From positions 219,852,001 through 219,916,000 of the forward strand of contig OZ024743.1 in the NCBI GenBank assembly GCA_964016885.1: a stretch of 64,000 nt of DNA, written 5' to 3'. Under the pieces are notes generated by a model, which saw only the letters and a program-made list of their open reading frames with translations, made no database searches and was not told where the DNA came from. This stretch comes from Eledone cirrhosa (lineage: Eukaryota). Every line of letters begins with the position of its first letter. The first letter of the stretch is position 1. A program made the translations under genes and the position numbers. Below are positions 15,327 through 29,000 of the stretch, piece after piece.

Positions 15327-15364
15327 TCTTAACGTTTCGGACGCTAGTCCTTCGTTAGAAGAAA
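15327..15364 (-). ncRNA. Degenerate minimal hammerhead ribozyme
   Basis: Minus strand TCTT-CTAACGA-A-GGAC tagc GTCC-GAAAC-GTT-AAGA; one core substitution (G>A). Lies about 90 bp from a long (TA)n tract. Confidence 0.55.
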
Positions 15365-15585
15365 GAATGAGAAATAAGATAGATTGAGGGGACAGACGGC
15401 ATGGAATTGGAAAAAATGTCTTTAGGTGATAACCAATTTAGACGCATAACATGATTTTACTCTACGTACGTCTCAATGTAGACCGGCCGGCAATACTTCA
15501 ATATATATTGGGCATTAGTCTGCTGGTCTACATATCTTCAGGAATATATATAATATCTATCTATCTATCTATCTATCTATTGATT

Positions 15586-15958
15586 CCCTTCTTTAAGTAT
15601 CACTTTAGAAGGAGAATCAGGGTGGAGAGAGAGGCACTGCACCCCAGTAAATTTACTGAAAGGTGGGTGAATGAAGCGAAAATGGCCCGAGTGATTGGAC
15701 CTTCTCTGTTTATAAGCCTGTAGGTTGAGGAAGAGAGCAAAAGGAAGAAAGGAGCACTTGCACAACACGCTCCTTGAGTTGAGGGTTGTTCTATCGACGG
15801 GGTATTAAACAACCCATTTGTGGCGCCTCCCCCCTATTGGGGATTTCGATTGTTGAAATTGTTTGTTTTTATATTTTTTACACGACTGTATGTAAAATCC
15901 CCGGCATGTCTTTGTATTGTCCCCTTTCTTGTTGCGCCCTTGTGGCTAATAAAGAAAT
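15586..15958 (+). mobile_element. Tx1/L1-clade 3' fragment within (CTAT)n
   Basis: Encodes FFKYHFRRRIRVERE..RWVNEAKMARVIGPSLFISL*, followed by 3'UTR and AATAAA. (CTAT)n on both sides. Confidence 0.92.
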
Positions 15959-16191
15959 CTATCTATCTATCTATCTATTTATCTATCTTTTTACCCCCAA
16001 CCTCTCTCTCTCTCTCTCTCTTTTTCTATCTCTCTCTCTCTTTCTCTCTCTCTCTAGCTATCTATTTATCTATTAGTCTTCTTTTCTCTATCTCTCTTTC
16101 TCTCACTAACTTCATAAAAATATATTTTCTCATATCACTCTTCTCTTTCTAAGCCACCAAACGTTTCACCAGCAGAAAACAAAGGCGGCAG

Positions 16192-16235
<44 letters not shown>

Positions 16236-16899
16236 CCTACTCACACACATACACACGCTCACTTCCTCGCCAACCCTCTTTCCATTTCCACTTCCCATGT
16301 GCCGTGGCTCATTTTTTCTCTTCGTTCTCTCTCTCTTTCTCTGTCTCCCCCTCTCTCCCCTCGTCACATTATACCTGTCTCGAGTCAATCAAATCAAAAT
16401 CTCACACTCACACACACACATACAGACACACAGACACACAGTCACACACATACACACGCACGCACACACACACACACATACACATACACATACACACACG
16501 CAAACGCTCACTTTTTCATTGCCCTTCTCTCTTCCCACTTCTCATGCTGTGTCGTGTCTCCTCTTTTCTATTCCTTCTCTTTCAATCTTCCCCCTCCACC
16601 CCCTGCTCCCCCCTTCTCTCTGTTATGTCTGTGTCACGTTATATCTGTCCATATATCGAGTCCATCAAAATCACTAACTGACTTCGGAAATCAATGTCGG
16701 TTTATAGCATCAGATTGCTATCCTATTCCAAAAGCTCTGTGCTACATCCATTGAAGCTTCATTAGTCTTGAGAACTACGTATGCAAATAGGCTCCTTTGA
16801 AATGGTATTCATTTCCGACAAACTCCCCACTCAGCTATGTAAAACAATTAAGAGGCAAATTGAGATTCCTTATTCTCTGTCTGTTTGACTGTCTGTCTC

Positions 16900-16967
16900 T
16901 CTGTCTCGGTCTTTCTGTCGCTCTCTCTCTCCCTCTCTCTCGATCTCTCTCTTTCTGTCTTTCTTTC

Positions 16968-17044
<77 letters not shown>

Positions 17045-17181
17045 CACTATATATATGTTTTATATATGTGTACATCCATATGTATGTATGATGTATGTAT
17101 GTATATGTATATATATATATATATATATATGTAACACTATATATATTATATATATATATATATATGTTATATATATGTATG

Positions 17182-17238
<57 letters not shown>

Positions 17239-17346
17239 GCATATATATATATATATATATAAATATATACACGCATATATATACATATATATATATATGT
17301 AACACATATACATGTATATGTACATGTATGCACACACACACACACA

Positions 17347-17389
<43 letters not shown>

Positions 17390-17402
17390 ACACACACACA
17401 CA

Positions 17403-17434
<32 letters not shown>

Positions 17435-17661
17435 TACAAAGTTTTATTTTATGGTTTTGTTTTTTGCTTGACTTCTATTCATGATGGTGGTGCTGGTGGT
17501 GAGTGTAATGGTGCAGGTAGTGGTGGTGGTGCTGGTGTTCCTGTTTGTAGTGGTGGTGGTGTCAGTGTTGGTGGTATTGGTTGTGAAGATGGCGGCTTTA
17601 TAATGTATCTCACTTTATTCTTCCTTTTCTTCTTTTAAAAGCAAACTGCAAACGCACACAC

Positions 17662-17692
<31 letters not shown>

Positions 17693-17886
17693 TGTATGTA
17701 TGTATGTATGTATGTATGTATGTATGTATGTATGTATGCACGCATGTATGTAATTATGTATGTATGCATATATGTATGAATATATATATATATATGTATG
17801 TATGTATGTATGCATGTATGCATGTAATTATGTATGCATGCATGTATGTATATATGTGTGCATATATGCATACACACAAACAGGCA

Positions 17887-17981
<95 letters not shown>

Positions 17982-18040
17982 ACACACACACACACACTCT
18001 CTCTCCCCATCTCTCTCTATCTCTTTCTCACACACATAGA
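16900..18040. repeat. Compound microsatellite field (CT, TG, TA, CA, TATG)
   Basis: Direct inspection. Confidence 0.95.
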
Positions 18041-18294
18041 TATACTCTTTTACTGTTTTACCGACTCCAGCCATCCGGCTGAGGCCATGTTGGGGCACAC
18101 CTTGAACAAATGTGCATCGAATTTACATACAAACTTACATACTTACATATATACATAACCATCAGTCTTGATTCGGCGGTAGCTATGGAAACCAATGACA
18201 AAATCAAAATGAAACCCATCCACATACTACAGAGCGATATAATATACGGTACATGAGTCTCATCCACATAAGTAACTTGAAGCAAGGGGAACAA

Positions 18295-20190
18295 CTGTAG
18301 TAACAGGGACTGTCGTAGTAGCAGTTGGAGTAACAGTAGCTGTAGTAACAGCGACATGACTAGCAACAGAAGGAGTAGCAGCAGTGGGGGGGGGGGGGAG
18401 GTAATAGTAGCTGTCGTAATAGCGACAGGGCTAGCAACAGAAGGAGTAACAGTGGGAGTAACAGTAGCTGTAGTAACAGCGGAAGTACTAGCAACAGAAG
18501 GAGCAGTAGCAGTGGGAGTAACAGTAGCGGTAGTAACAGCGGAAGTACTAGCAACAGAAGAGGTAGCAGTGGGAGTAACAGTAGTTATAGTAACAGCGAC
18601 ATGACCAGCAACAGAAGGAGTAGTAGCAGTGGGAGTAACAGTAGCTGTAGTAACAGAGGAAGTACTAGCAAGAGAAATAGTAGCAGTGGGAGTAACAGCA
18701 GCTGTCGTATCCACGGAAGTACTAGCAACAGAAGGAGTAGCTGTAGGAGTAACAGCAGCTGTAGTAACAGCAGAAGTACTAGCTACAGAAGGAGTAGTAG
18801 CAGTGGGAGTAACAGCGGAAGTACTAGCAACAGAAGGAGTAGTAGTGGGAGTAACGGCAGCTGTAGTAGCAGCGGAAAGACTAGGAACAGAAGGAGTAGC
18901 AGTGGGAGTAACAGTAGCTGTCGCAACAGCGGAAGTACTAATAACAGAAGGAGTAGCAGTGGGAGTAACAGAAGCTGTAGCAACAGCAGAAGGACTAGCA
19001 ACAGAAGGAGTAGTAACAGTGGGAGTAACAGTAGCTGCCGTAACAACGGAAGTCCTAGCAACAGGAGTAGTAGCAGCAGTGGGAGTAACAGTAGCTGTAG
19101 TAACAGCGAAAGGACTAGCAGCAGAAGGAGTAGCAGTGGGAGTAACAGTAGCTGTAGTAACAGCGGAAGTACTAGCAACAGAAGGAGTAGCAGTGGGAGT
19201 AACAGTAGCTGTAGTAACAGCGGAAGTACTAGCAACAGAAGGAGTAGATGTAGGAGTGACAGTAGCTGTAGTAACAGCGGAAGTACTAGCAACAGGAGTA
19301 GATGTAGGAGTGACAGTAGCTGTAGTAACAGCGGAAGTACTAGCGATAGAAAGAGCAATAGCAGTGGGAGTAACAGTAGCTGTAGTAACAGCGCAAGTAC
19401 TAGCATCAGAAGAAGTAGTAGTGGGAGTGACAGCGGAAGGACTAGCAGCAGAAGGAGTAGTAGCAGTGGGAGTAACAGCAGCAGGAGTAACAGTGGAAGT
19501 ACTAGCAACAGAGAGAGTAGAAGTGGGAGTAACAGTAGCTGTAGTAACAGCGGAAGTACTAGCAACAGAAGGAGGAGTAGTGGGAGTAACAGTAGATGTA
19601 GTAACAGCGGAAGTACTAGCAACAGAAGGAGTAGTACTGGGAGTAACAGCAGCTGTAGTAACAGCGGAAGGACTAGCAACAGAAGGAGTAGTAGTAGTGG
19701 GAGTAACAGCGGAAGTACTAGCAACAGAAGGAGTAGTAGTGGGAGTAACAACAGCTGTAGTAACAGCGGAAGTACTAGCAACAGAAGGAGCAGTAACAGT
19801 GGGAGTAACAGTATCTGTAGTAACAGCAGAAATACCAGCAACAGAAGCAGTAGCAGCAGCAGGAGTAACAGTAGATGTCGTCACAGTGGAAGTACTAGCA
19901 ACAGAGGGAGTATCAGCAGTAGGAGTAGCAATAGATGTAGTAACAGCGGAAGTACTAGCCACAGGAGTAGTAGTAGCAGTAGGGGTAATAGCAGCTGTCG
20001 TAACAGCGGAAGTACTAGCAACAGAAGGAGCAGTAGCAGTGGGAGTAACAGTAGCTGTAGCAAAGTGGAAGTACTAGCAACAGGAGTAGTTGTAGCAGTG
20101 GGAGAAACAGTAGCTGTAGTAACATCGGAAGTACTAGCAACAGGAGTAGTAGTAGCAGTGGGAGTAACAACAGCAGGAGTAAGTAGTAGG
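18295..20190. repeat. About 57-60 bp triplet-based minisatellite (mucin-like reading on the minus strand)
   Basis: Unit GTAACAGTAGCTGTAGTAACAGCGGAAGTACTAGCAACAGAAGGAGTAGCAGTGGGA. Long ORFs in four frames. Confidence 0.9.
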
Positions 20191-20564
20191 AAAAGAAAGA
20201 CCCAATCGTCAGTTCGGATCAAGGAAATGTTCCTATTTTTCTTTCTATCGGCTGAAGCTTTGCCACTTTTCCTGTGACTGGCGGCGGGATTTGAACTCAG
20301 AACACACAGAGCCGGAACAGCCGGAAATAAATCTTCATCCGATTCTTTAAGAATCCCGTCAATAACAGCCTCAGAAATGCTACTTTATCTATAGACCAGA
20401 AAAAGATGAATGACAATGTCGCGGGTCAGATCAGTCCAAGGAACCTATGTTTCCATTGGTCTTTTCATTGCTTATGCTTATCTGTCGGTTGTAACGCCTA
20501 GCAGAAGCATAACTGTTTTTCCAGTGACAGGGAGTGGAAGAAACATTTAATCCGATGCTATAAA

Positions 20565-20785
20565 GGTTTCTGATTTAGGCACAAGGCGAACAGGGGAAAG
20601 TCGATTAAATCGACCCCAGTGCGTTACTGGTACTTTATTGTACTGGGGTCGATTTAATCCGACACTATAATTGTTTCTACTTTTGGCACAAGACCAGCAA
20701 TTATCCCAGTGCATTACTGGTACTATATTTTATCGACCCCGTAAAGATGAAAGGCAAAGTTAACCTCGGCGGGAATCCGACGCTA
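20565..20785 (-). mobile_element. SINE fragments with internal fold-back
   Basis: Same SINE core. GATTAAATCGACCCCAGT ... ACTGGGGTCGATTTAATC is inverted at about 20603-20659. Confidence 0.8.
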
Positions 20786-21594
20786 TAATGATCATTTACT
20801 TGCATAGTTTAGGCAAAAGTCCTTTAACTCCTGATAGAGTTGTAGTGGTATTGTCCTGACACACGGTGTGTGTTGAGCATTTTAAACCTGGTGGAATCCA
20901 TTAATCTCCAGGTCAGAACATAGCCAATGTCTTCCAGAGAAAGAAAGAATCGACTCCCTGTATAAGACTGATACTTTATTTATCGATCTTGAAAAGATGA
21001 CAGCAAAGTTGACCCGATGAGATTTGAACTCAGAGAACAATGAGCAGGAACAAATACTGACGCACCAAATTTCCACCTTCTTACGTAGTATATACTAGTT
21101 ATTTTCTCTATAACTGCATATTTTATGTGCAAGTGTGTGTGAATCTTTGTTTGCTTTTACTATTTAGTTTCACCACATGTCTATGAATGTGAGAAGGGAG
21201 ATAATAGCGGTACTTCCGGCTATCCTTGTTGTTTTGTTGTGCGTGTGTGTATGTGTGTGTGTGTGTGTGGGGGGGGATTTGTTTATATTGAGTTGTTGAT
21301 AATTTTTGTGTTGTCTGTTTATATGTGTAGGAGGAGGTAGGGACACTATTATTGACGAGTGTTTTGTTGAAATTCAATGCTGAGCTCATATCATGCCTTG
21401 CCATGGTCAAAAGGCCATTATTATAAGATAAAGAAGTGATGTAGCAACAATAAAATCTCCAGCAGAGCTCATCAGAGTTACTCAACAACAACAACAACAT
21501 CTGTGAATACAGTGATGGTAAAATATACATATAGAACCTTTTACTTACAGAGTATGGGCATATATGTGAATGTTATAAGTACATGCAAACACAC

Positions 21595-22050
21595 TAGTGT
21601 ATGAGGGCGTCGTGTGCGTATGCATGCATGTGTGTGTGAGTATAAATATATATATATTTATAGATATGTGTGTGTCTATTGTATGTATATACAAGCGCGC
21701 ATGTGTACGTGGTGTGTACGGTTGTGTATGTCCATGTATGTGTGCATATGACTGTGCTTGTGTCTGGTTATATATGTCCGTGTATGTCTGCATGCATATC
21801 TGTGTGCCTGTGTGTGCCTATGTGTGCCTGTGTGTGCATGTGTATGTATGTGTGTATGTGTGCATATGTGTGTGCCTGTGTATGTCCGTCGATGTATGCG
21901 AGCCTCTGTGTGTGTGTACTTGTGTGTGTGTGTGTGTGTGTGTGTGTGCCTGTGTATGTCCGTGTATGTTTGCGAGCCTGTGCGTGTATGTGTGTGTGCC
22001 TATGTTTGACCATGTATGTGTGCGTGCATATGTGTCTGTGTGTCTGTATT
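21595..22050. repeat. Degenerate (TG)n tract
   Basis: Direct inspection. Confidence 0.9.
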
Positions 22051-22561
22051 GCTGCAAGAATTTATCTTTAAGTGAAAATAAATTATGTAACATGGCCAGC
22101 CATTGAGTGAAACGTCAGAGATCATATCATATTTTCTTCCATCGCTTCATGTCCAACCAATAACACAGTTGTAAATATGATTAGCTACTGCAGTGAATGA
22201 ATTAGCCATTATTGCCAGACATAAACAGCTTGAAAACAGCTTCAGTTTAAAATAAGTGATTGTTGGCTTAATCAGGATTACATTAGCGATAAGACGGCAG
22301 TAGTGAAACTGATCACCATAGATGTGTAGGAGAGACATATACGCTCTTGGAGGGCAGATTCAGAAAACATTATAACCCTGTTATTTGATCCTAGCCATTT
22401 TACTTCACATTCTTCGTTTTTAATGTTTCAGGCATTCGACTGCGGCCATGCTGGGGCACCTCTTTAAAGAGTGTATCAACCCCAGTACTTAATTTTATTT
22501 TTCAAGTCTGGTATATATTTTATCGATAATATTTTATCGAGCCGCTATGGTTGCGTGAGAT

Positions 22562-22701
<140 letters not shown>

Positions 22702-23032
22702 ACACACACACACACCCCACACACACACACAGATAGATATAGATAGATAGATAAATAGATAGATAGAGTGAGAAACACGCATACACAACCCCTCACGCAC
22801 ACACACCCACCCACATACAAACACACATGCACACACACACACACACATGCATGTACACAATGGGCTTCTGCAGTTTCTGTCTACTAAATTTCCCTCACAA
22901 GGCATAGGACAACTCGAGGTTATAGTAGAAGTCATTTACCAAGGATGCCACACGGTGGATGTGAACTCGAAAACCCGTGTTTGAAAATCACACGCTGAAG
23001 TGTGAACCACGTGCGCGCGCATACGTAAACGT

Positions 23033-23059
<27 letters not shown>

Positions 23060-23065
<6 letters not shown>

Positions 23066-23680
23066 GTATTCGTTCCGAATCTCCGGTTTCTGAGTTCAAA
23101 TCTCACCTTTCATCCATTTGAGGTCGATATAAAAAGTACCAGTCTAGTACTGAGGTCAATTCTTCCTCTATATTTCTTTCTCACTTCTATTCTCACACTC
23201 TCTCTATCCTTCTCTGGAAGAAGTCTGCTGTATTCAGGCCTGGAGAGGAGATGGGTTCTGCCAGGTTTTAAAATGCTTTAGAAACGTCGTATGTTAATAC
23301 AGCGTCCCCACGATTCCCTCAGGAGTTACGGGTTCATACGCACACACATGATTTGGCAGAGTCGTTAGATCGTCGGATAGAATGCTCTGCTTTATTTTTT
23401 TCGACTCTTTTCTTCCTGAGTTCAAATCTCACCAAGGTCAACTTTGCCTTTCATCCATTTAAGGCCGATAAAAAAATACCAGTCTAGTAATGGGTCGATT
23501 CTTTCTCTTTCTCACCTCTTTCCTCTCATTCTTTATCCTTCTCTGGAATAAATCTGTTGTATTCAGACCTGGAGAGGAGATAGGCTTCGCCAGGTTTAAA
23601 AATGCTATGGAAACACCGTTTGTCAATATGGTGCCCCCACGACTACCCTAGGAGTTATGAGTCCATACATACACATGATT
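23060..23680 (+). mobile_element. Two tandem SINE copies sharing an extended 3' segment of about 170 bp
   Basis: GAGTTCAAATCTCACC..TTTCATCCATTT..TACCAGTCTAGTA..TTCTCTGGAA..CCTGGAGAGGAGAT..CCCCACGA..CATAC occurs twice. Confidence 0.8.
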
Positions 23681-24310
23681 TGTATTACTGTTATAAAATT
23701 TAAAAACAGACCACGAAATAATAGATAGTATATCTAGATTTTGGTATAACTGTCTGTATCTATATTGTGAGACATATTTTAAACTGAATATCTTTCCATT
23801 TTTCTCTACACCAATCAGTTGTCATTCTTTCTGCTATTTAAACATTTTTATATATGATGACAGACGGAATTTCACGAGTGGCAACGGGAAACTCCGAGTA
23901 ACGATTTGTAATTTTTAGCTTCCAGAGAATTGTAACACTCTACCTTCACTATTCAGTAATCTCTTTTGATCGTGTCTTATCTATCTATCTATCTATCTCG
24001 AAGAAGATAGACGTGTTTTTGTTTCGCTCCTGCATTTTGTCGGAATTATTACGAGAAGCGGTAGGTTTGTTTAAGCTACTTGTTATTTGTTGTGTTTAAC
24101 CCTCGCCTGGGCCTGCAGACGTTGGGTAAAATAAATTTCGCCCCTTTTTGGGGCGAAATTTGATAGTTATAAGTTATCGATAAAAAGTCGTTTAGTGACA
24201 ATGGACGCCATTAACACGACGCATGCCCCCCCCCCCCTAAGGAAAGTGATAGAGAGAAGGTAGCAGCACAACGCTGAAAACCTTCCTTCCTCACTCCCGC
24301 AAAAGACACC

Positions 24311-25372
24311 ATGGAATCAAAAGAAAAAATTGTGGAAATGGGTGAAAACCCCAAAAGTAACAATTACACAAACAAGAACAACAATGACATTAACAACACA
24401 ATCAACAACAGCAACAATGACAATAACAACACAACCAACAACAGCAATAATGACAACACCAACAAAGGAAAAAAGCAAGCCAACACGAATAACAACAACA
24501 ACAATGATAACAACACGAAAGAAAACGGACCCACTGCTGCAGTCTCCTTCGCACAGGCAGTTCGAGAAACGCAGACATACAAGGCACTGGACATCTCGAA
24601 TGCCAAGAAATTGCTGAAAGAAGCAAGGAATTGTGTAAATTTCGGGGAAGGTGGGGAATTCACAATTACCTCCCCCGAAGAAATTAGAAGGGACACAGTC
24701 CTGAGGACTGTAATCTTTAGGACAGTTTCAAACGTGACTTGGAAACCGGCTCAATTGTCCCAAAGCGAAATTGAGCTGGTCCTAAGTAGTGCCTGGAAGC
24801 ATATCGCTTTTATACAGAAAGGGAAACTGTATGGAAGCATATCTGTTTTACTGCAAGATGAATTGGCGGCACGGAAATATTCTGTGTCGCCAATTGTATC
24901 CAAAGCATTCACCTTTCCCCCCACATATTTGGAGAAAAGAACTCAAAAGATAAGAATCTTTGGCATCAGGCCAAATGTGAGCATTTGGTGGGTGCTAGCG
25001 GGATTCTTAGTAGATGAGGATTCAATCCTTTCGATAGGTGAATCCACCGAGGGCGTATTCGGCGGCAATAGCCTTGAAGTTCTGGTCCAAATGAGACCAG
25101 AACGGATCGCAAGAATACCGCAGCGTGTGTCCCTGGATGGAGTCGCCTTCATAAACATTTCTGTTGAGGGCAGGCGGCCTTCATGCTACCACTGTTCAAG
25201 AAGTGGTCACCTGAGGGCTTCCTGTCCCCTTTTAAATGCCCCTACCCCCCAAAAAGACGCTTCTGCCCACCCCACACACAACAACACAATCACCACCACC
25301 ACCACAACAACCACAACAACACGAAAAAATAACAACACAAGACACTGTCCCACCCAACCCCTCCCCACCTAA
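24311..25372 (+). CDS. Tx1 family A ORF1 (gag-like, zinc knuckle), frameshifted downstream
   Basis: SFAQAV motif and VEGRRPSCYHCSRSGHLRASCP (CX2CX4HX4C); homologous to the ORF at 47898. Confidence 0.85.
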   Translation: MESKEKIVEMGENPKSNNYTNKNNNDINNTINNSNNDNNNTTNNSNNDNTNKGKKQANTNNNNNNDNNTKENGPTAAVSFAQAVRETQTYKALDISNAKKLLKEARNCVNFGEGGEFTITSPEEIRRDTVLRTVIFRTVSNVTWKPAQLSQSEIELVLSSAWKHIAFIQKGKLYGSISVLLQDELAARKYSVSPIVSKAFTFPPTYLEKRTQKIRIFGIRPNVSIWWVLAGFLVDEDSILSIGESTEGVFGGNSLEVLVQMRPERIARIPQRVSLDGVAFINISVEGRRPSCYHCSRSGHLRASCPLLNAPTPQKDASAHPTHNNTITTTTTTTTTTRKNNNTRHCPTQPLPT

Positions 25373-26067
25373 AACAAATCAAAAACAACCGCAACAAAAC
25401 CCCAAAATATACCCCTCCCCAACAACACGAACGAGGACCCCTTAGCAACGTCACCCAGTGACGACGAGGGAGAACCCTTTTAACCGGTAAAAAGAAAGAA
25501 AAGAAGGCACCACATCAACAAAAATACAACAAACACACAGCCACCAGCACAAACAGAACAAACATCACAAACAAAAAAACCCACCCCTACCGAAAACATA
25601 ACACATACTACAAAACGCAAACACACACAAGAACAACAAACAAAAACAAACAAAACACAACAAAAACAGTATACATACATCAACACAAACAACAAAACAC
25701 TTGTGCAAACAATAGACAAAGATCCTTCGGTGGAAACCGAAGGGAAAATGTTCACCAACGCGGCGACTAAACGCATTTAAAAATGATTAGGGTCCCAAGG
25801 GACACCTACGCAATGCTCAAACAGAATTTTCCCGAGGACGTGGGGAACCCCTGTACTAGACCTAACAACCGCGTCCTCTTGAAATCTTTTCCCACCACCA
25901 CCCCAGACACCCCGTCCCCACCAAACACCCCCACCCCACCACATCCCAAACCACCACCCCACCAAACAACCCCGCCGACACCTCCATGGAAATTGCGCAG
26001 CTTGGTCCCCAGGAGAAGGACTAGTAGGTATCTTCCTTTTCTCCACTCTAAACTCTTCACCACCAAC

Positions 26068-29000
26068 ATGGCTGTTATAAGAGTTGGATGTTTAAATGTG
26101 CGCGGCCTGGGGATGTCCTGGAAGCAGGGCAAACTCTTAAATGACCTCAGGTCGCACAGAATGGATGTGATAGCTATTTGCGAGTCCAGGATCAACAGCG
26201 AGCACCAACAGGCCCTCATTTTCGACGACTTTGAGATCTATGCATCTCTCTGTAGCCGGGGGTGGGGGTGGGGTGGTCGTTCTGCTGCGAAAACACCTGG
26301 GCCTCGCAACACGGAAGGTACACCTGGACCCGGAGGGCCAACTGGTGGTTCTAGACGTCGGCAGTAGTGAAGGTGGAGCCTTCAGGCTGGTGGCAGCGTA
26401 TGCCCCATCTGGGACACCGCGGCCGGACTTCTTCGAACGCCTAGAGACTTTTCTGGGAACGTCTCGCTCCTTGCTTTTAGTGGGGGACTGGAATGGTATC
26501 ATGGATGCACGTTGGGACTATGTAGGGGCATGTCCCGATAGAGGGGGTTGTAACAGCCTCAAACGGTTTATCGGCCGATTTGATCTGGCCGATAGATATC
26601 TACTAGATTTTCCGACTGTGCCACTGTGGACGTGGTCTAATCGCAGCGGAACATCTAGGTCGTACCTAGATAGGTTCCTAGTTAGAAATAAGGATAGGGA
26701 CATATTAAGCTGTCCGCGAATGTTCATGGTTGACTATTCGGATCACAAGTTGGTGACCGGAGTGGTCAACCTTGATAGAACCCATTGACAAGGACCCGGT
26801 TACTGGAAGCTAAACTTGTCCTTACCGACAAACAAAGCTTACAGTAAGCGGATTAGCACTCTAGTTAAGCAGCGGTTGACGGGGGCAATTGTCAACAGCA
26901 GGTTATGGGGCTCTCTCAAGAGACAAATTAGAATAGAATCGATAGTCAGGAATTAGCATCAGATAGGAATAGAACTGAAAGGGAATTGATAGATAGAGTA
27001 GAAGAGGTGATTAGGAGGGGCAATGTGGCAGGCGTGCTGGCATCAAGAACGGCCCTAGACCAGTTCTTTGACGCGAAGCACGAGGGCTGCGTTGTCAGGA
27101 GTAAAATACGTGCTCTGGGTAACGAGGGAGCCAAAGCTGTTAGCTGGGCCCGAGTGACAGAGGCAAAAAGTGGAAACAAGTCCACGATTCGGTCTTTGAA
27201 GGACCAGGATGGACGCGTGATCCTTGAACCTGAGCGGATGTGCGCGGCCTTTCAACGGCGCTTTGCACGACTTTTCGGGAGGGGCGGCGGGCCGGGTGAG
27301 GCCATGGATTTCGGTCCATACATTGATGGTATGCCGCGGCTCTTGGACGGGGAGGCGAAGTACTGCGAAAGGACGATTTCAGCCGCTGAGATAGGGGAAG
27401 CGCTGAGCCAATGCGGCAAACGCAAATCTCCCGGTCTCGATAGTCTACCATACGAACTTTATGTAGGGATGCCGGACTTGTTCTCCAATCTCCTCGAGGC
27501 GGTCTACTGCAACTGGCAACAGAACGGGAGAATTTCCAGTTCTGTGACCAAGGGCGTAGTCACGCTGGTGAGGAAGGACGAGAACAAGGGAGATGACATA
27601 GATAACTTCAGGCCCATAACTCTGCTAAACACAGTTAAAGATTTTGGCCAAAGTGTTAGCGAAGAGGTTGGCGCTTGTCGTCGGGAACCTGGTGGAAGAA
27701 GCGCAGACATGCGCAATCCCGTCCAGGTCCATACACGACAAACTCCATCTCATGCGATACTTCGTAGAGAGGGTAGGGAACGAACCCGGCTTTGGTGGGG
27801 ACCTGATCAACTTGGATCAATTTAAGGCGTTCGATAGGGTCGACCATCAGTACCTGGATGCGGTGCTCGCGGCGGCAGGGTTAGGACCCGTTTTCAGGGG
27901 CTGGATTGCTGCAATGCACAGCAGCAACACCTGCTCGAGAGTCAAGGTGAACGGCTACCTTTCGGAGCCGTTCCAAATCGCGCGATCCATCCGACATGGA
28001 TGCCCTCTCTCCTCCCTTCTGTATGTGCTGGCTCTCGAGCCACTACTACGGAAGTTGGAGCTGTTGCAGGGAATCTCCTTGGAACTGGGATTGCAGAAAG
28101 CGGTGTCGGCCTACGCCGATGATGTGACAGTAATGGTGTCGTGCACCTCGGAAATCGGGTAGATCGGCACCTTACTGGAGGAATATGAAAGGTTTACAGG
28201 AGCCAAGCTGAACCGGGACAAGTCCGCCGGTTTGCAACTCGGAACATGGAGAGGCAAACCGATGTCCTCCGACGGCTTCGTCGGACGCTGGACGGAGGGA
28301 CCGGTGAAGCTGCTCGGGGTCTGGTTTGGACCGGACCTCCAGGTGGAGAAAAACTGGGTCGAGGTTACGGGCAGGGTGTTTGCACTCGCCCAGAAGTGGG
28401 CCGAGTGTAAACTATCCCTGAAAGGTCGAGCGGAGGTGGCGAACGCTTATATAGCGTCCGTCATCTACTACCGCTTGAGCGTCGTGCCTTGCGCAGCGAA
28501 AACGCTCGCCAAAATGGAGCGCGCTCTTCCGATTCCTTTGGAAGAAGTGGGCCCCTTTGGTGAGAAGATCCATCTGCTGTCAATACTCTTCGAACGGAGG
28601 GCTGGGGATGCCGTAGACACGCATTAAGGCTATGGCACCTCCAGGTATTCCTCACCGGTCAGTCGGTGTGGGCCCCTTTTGTGAGGCGAGCCTGGGTCAA
28701 GCAAAGACCGAGAAAAATGGGCGATGGCACATTGAATGTGCCCAGGCGCTCACAGCCCTCTGGCAAGCGGATCCGGCAATCAGTGGAGACGCAACCTCAA
28801 CATTCTATAGAGGGTTGGTGCGCAGGAGTGTGACGACGTTCTCGGAGAGGCTCTGGGTATGGAGGAAGACAAGCTAGCCAGTCTGTTCGTTTGGCCCGGA
28901 AGCGATGAACAATTTCCAAAAGTCCCTGGCTTAGCAGTGCTACCGAGGAGCTCTACCCATTCGGGACAAGCTCTACAGACACGGGCGCCCGGGCAAGGAC

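Noticed and set aside
26946-27847. Antisense ORFs over LINE coding regions (also 50208-52259, 33064-35748)
   Set aside because: Shadow ORFs without recognisable motifs.
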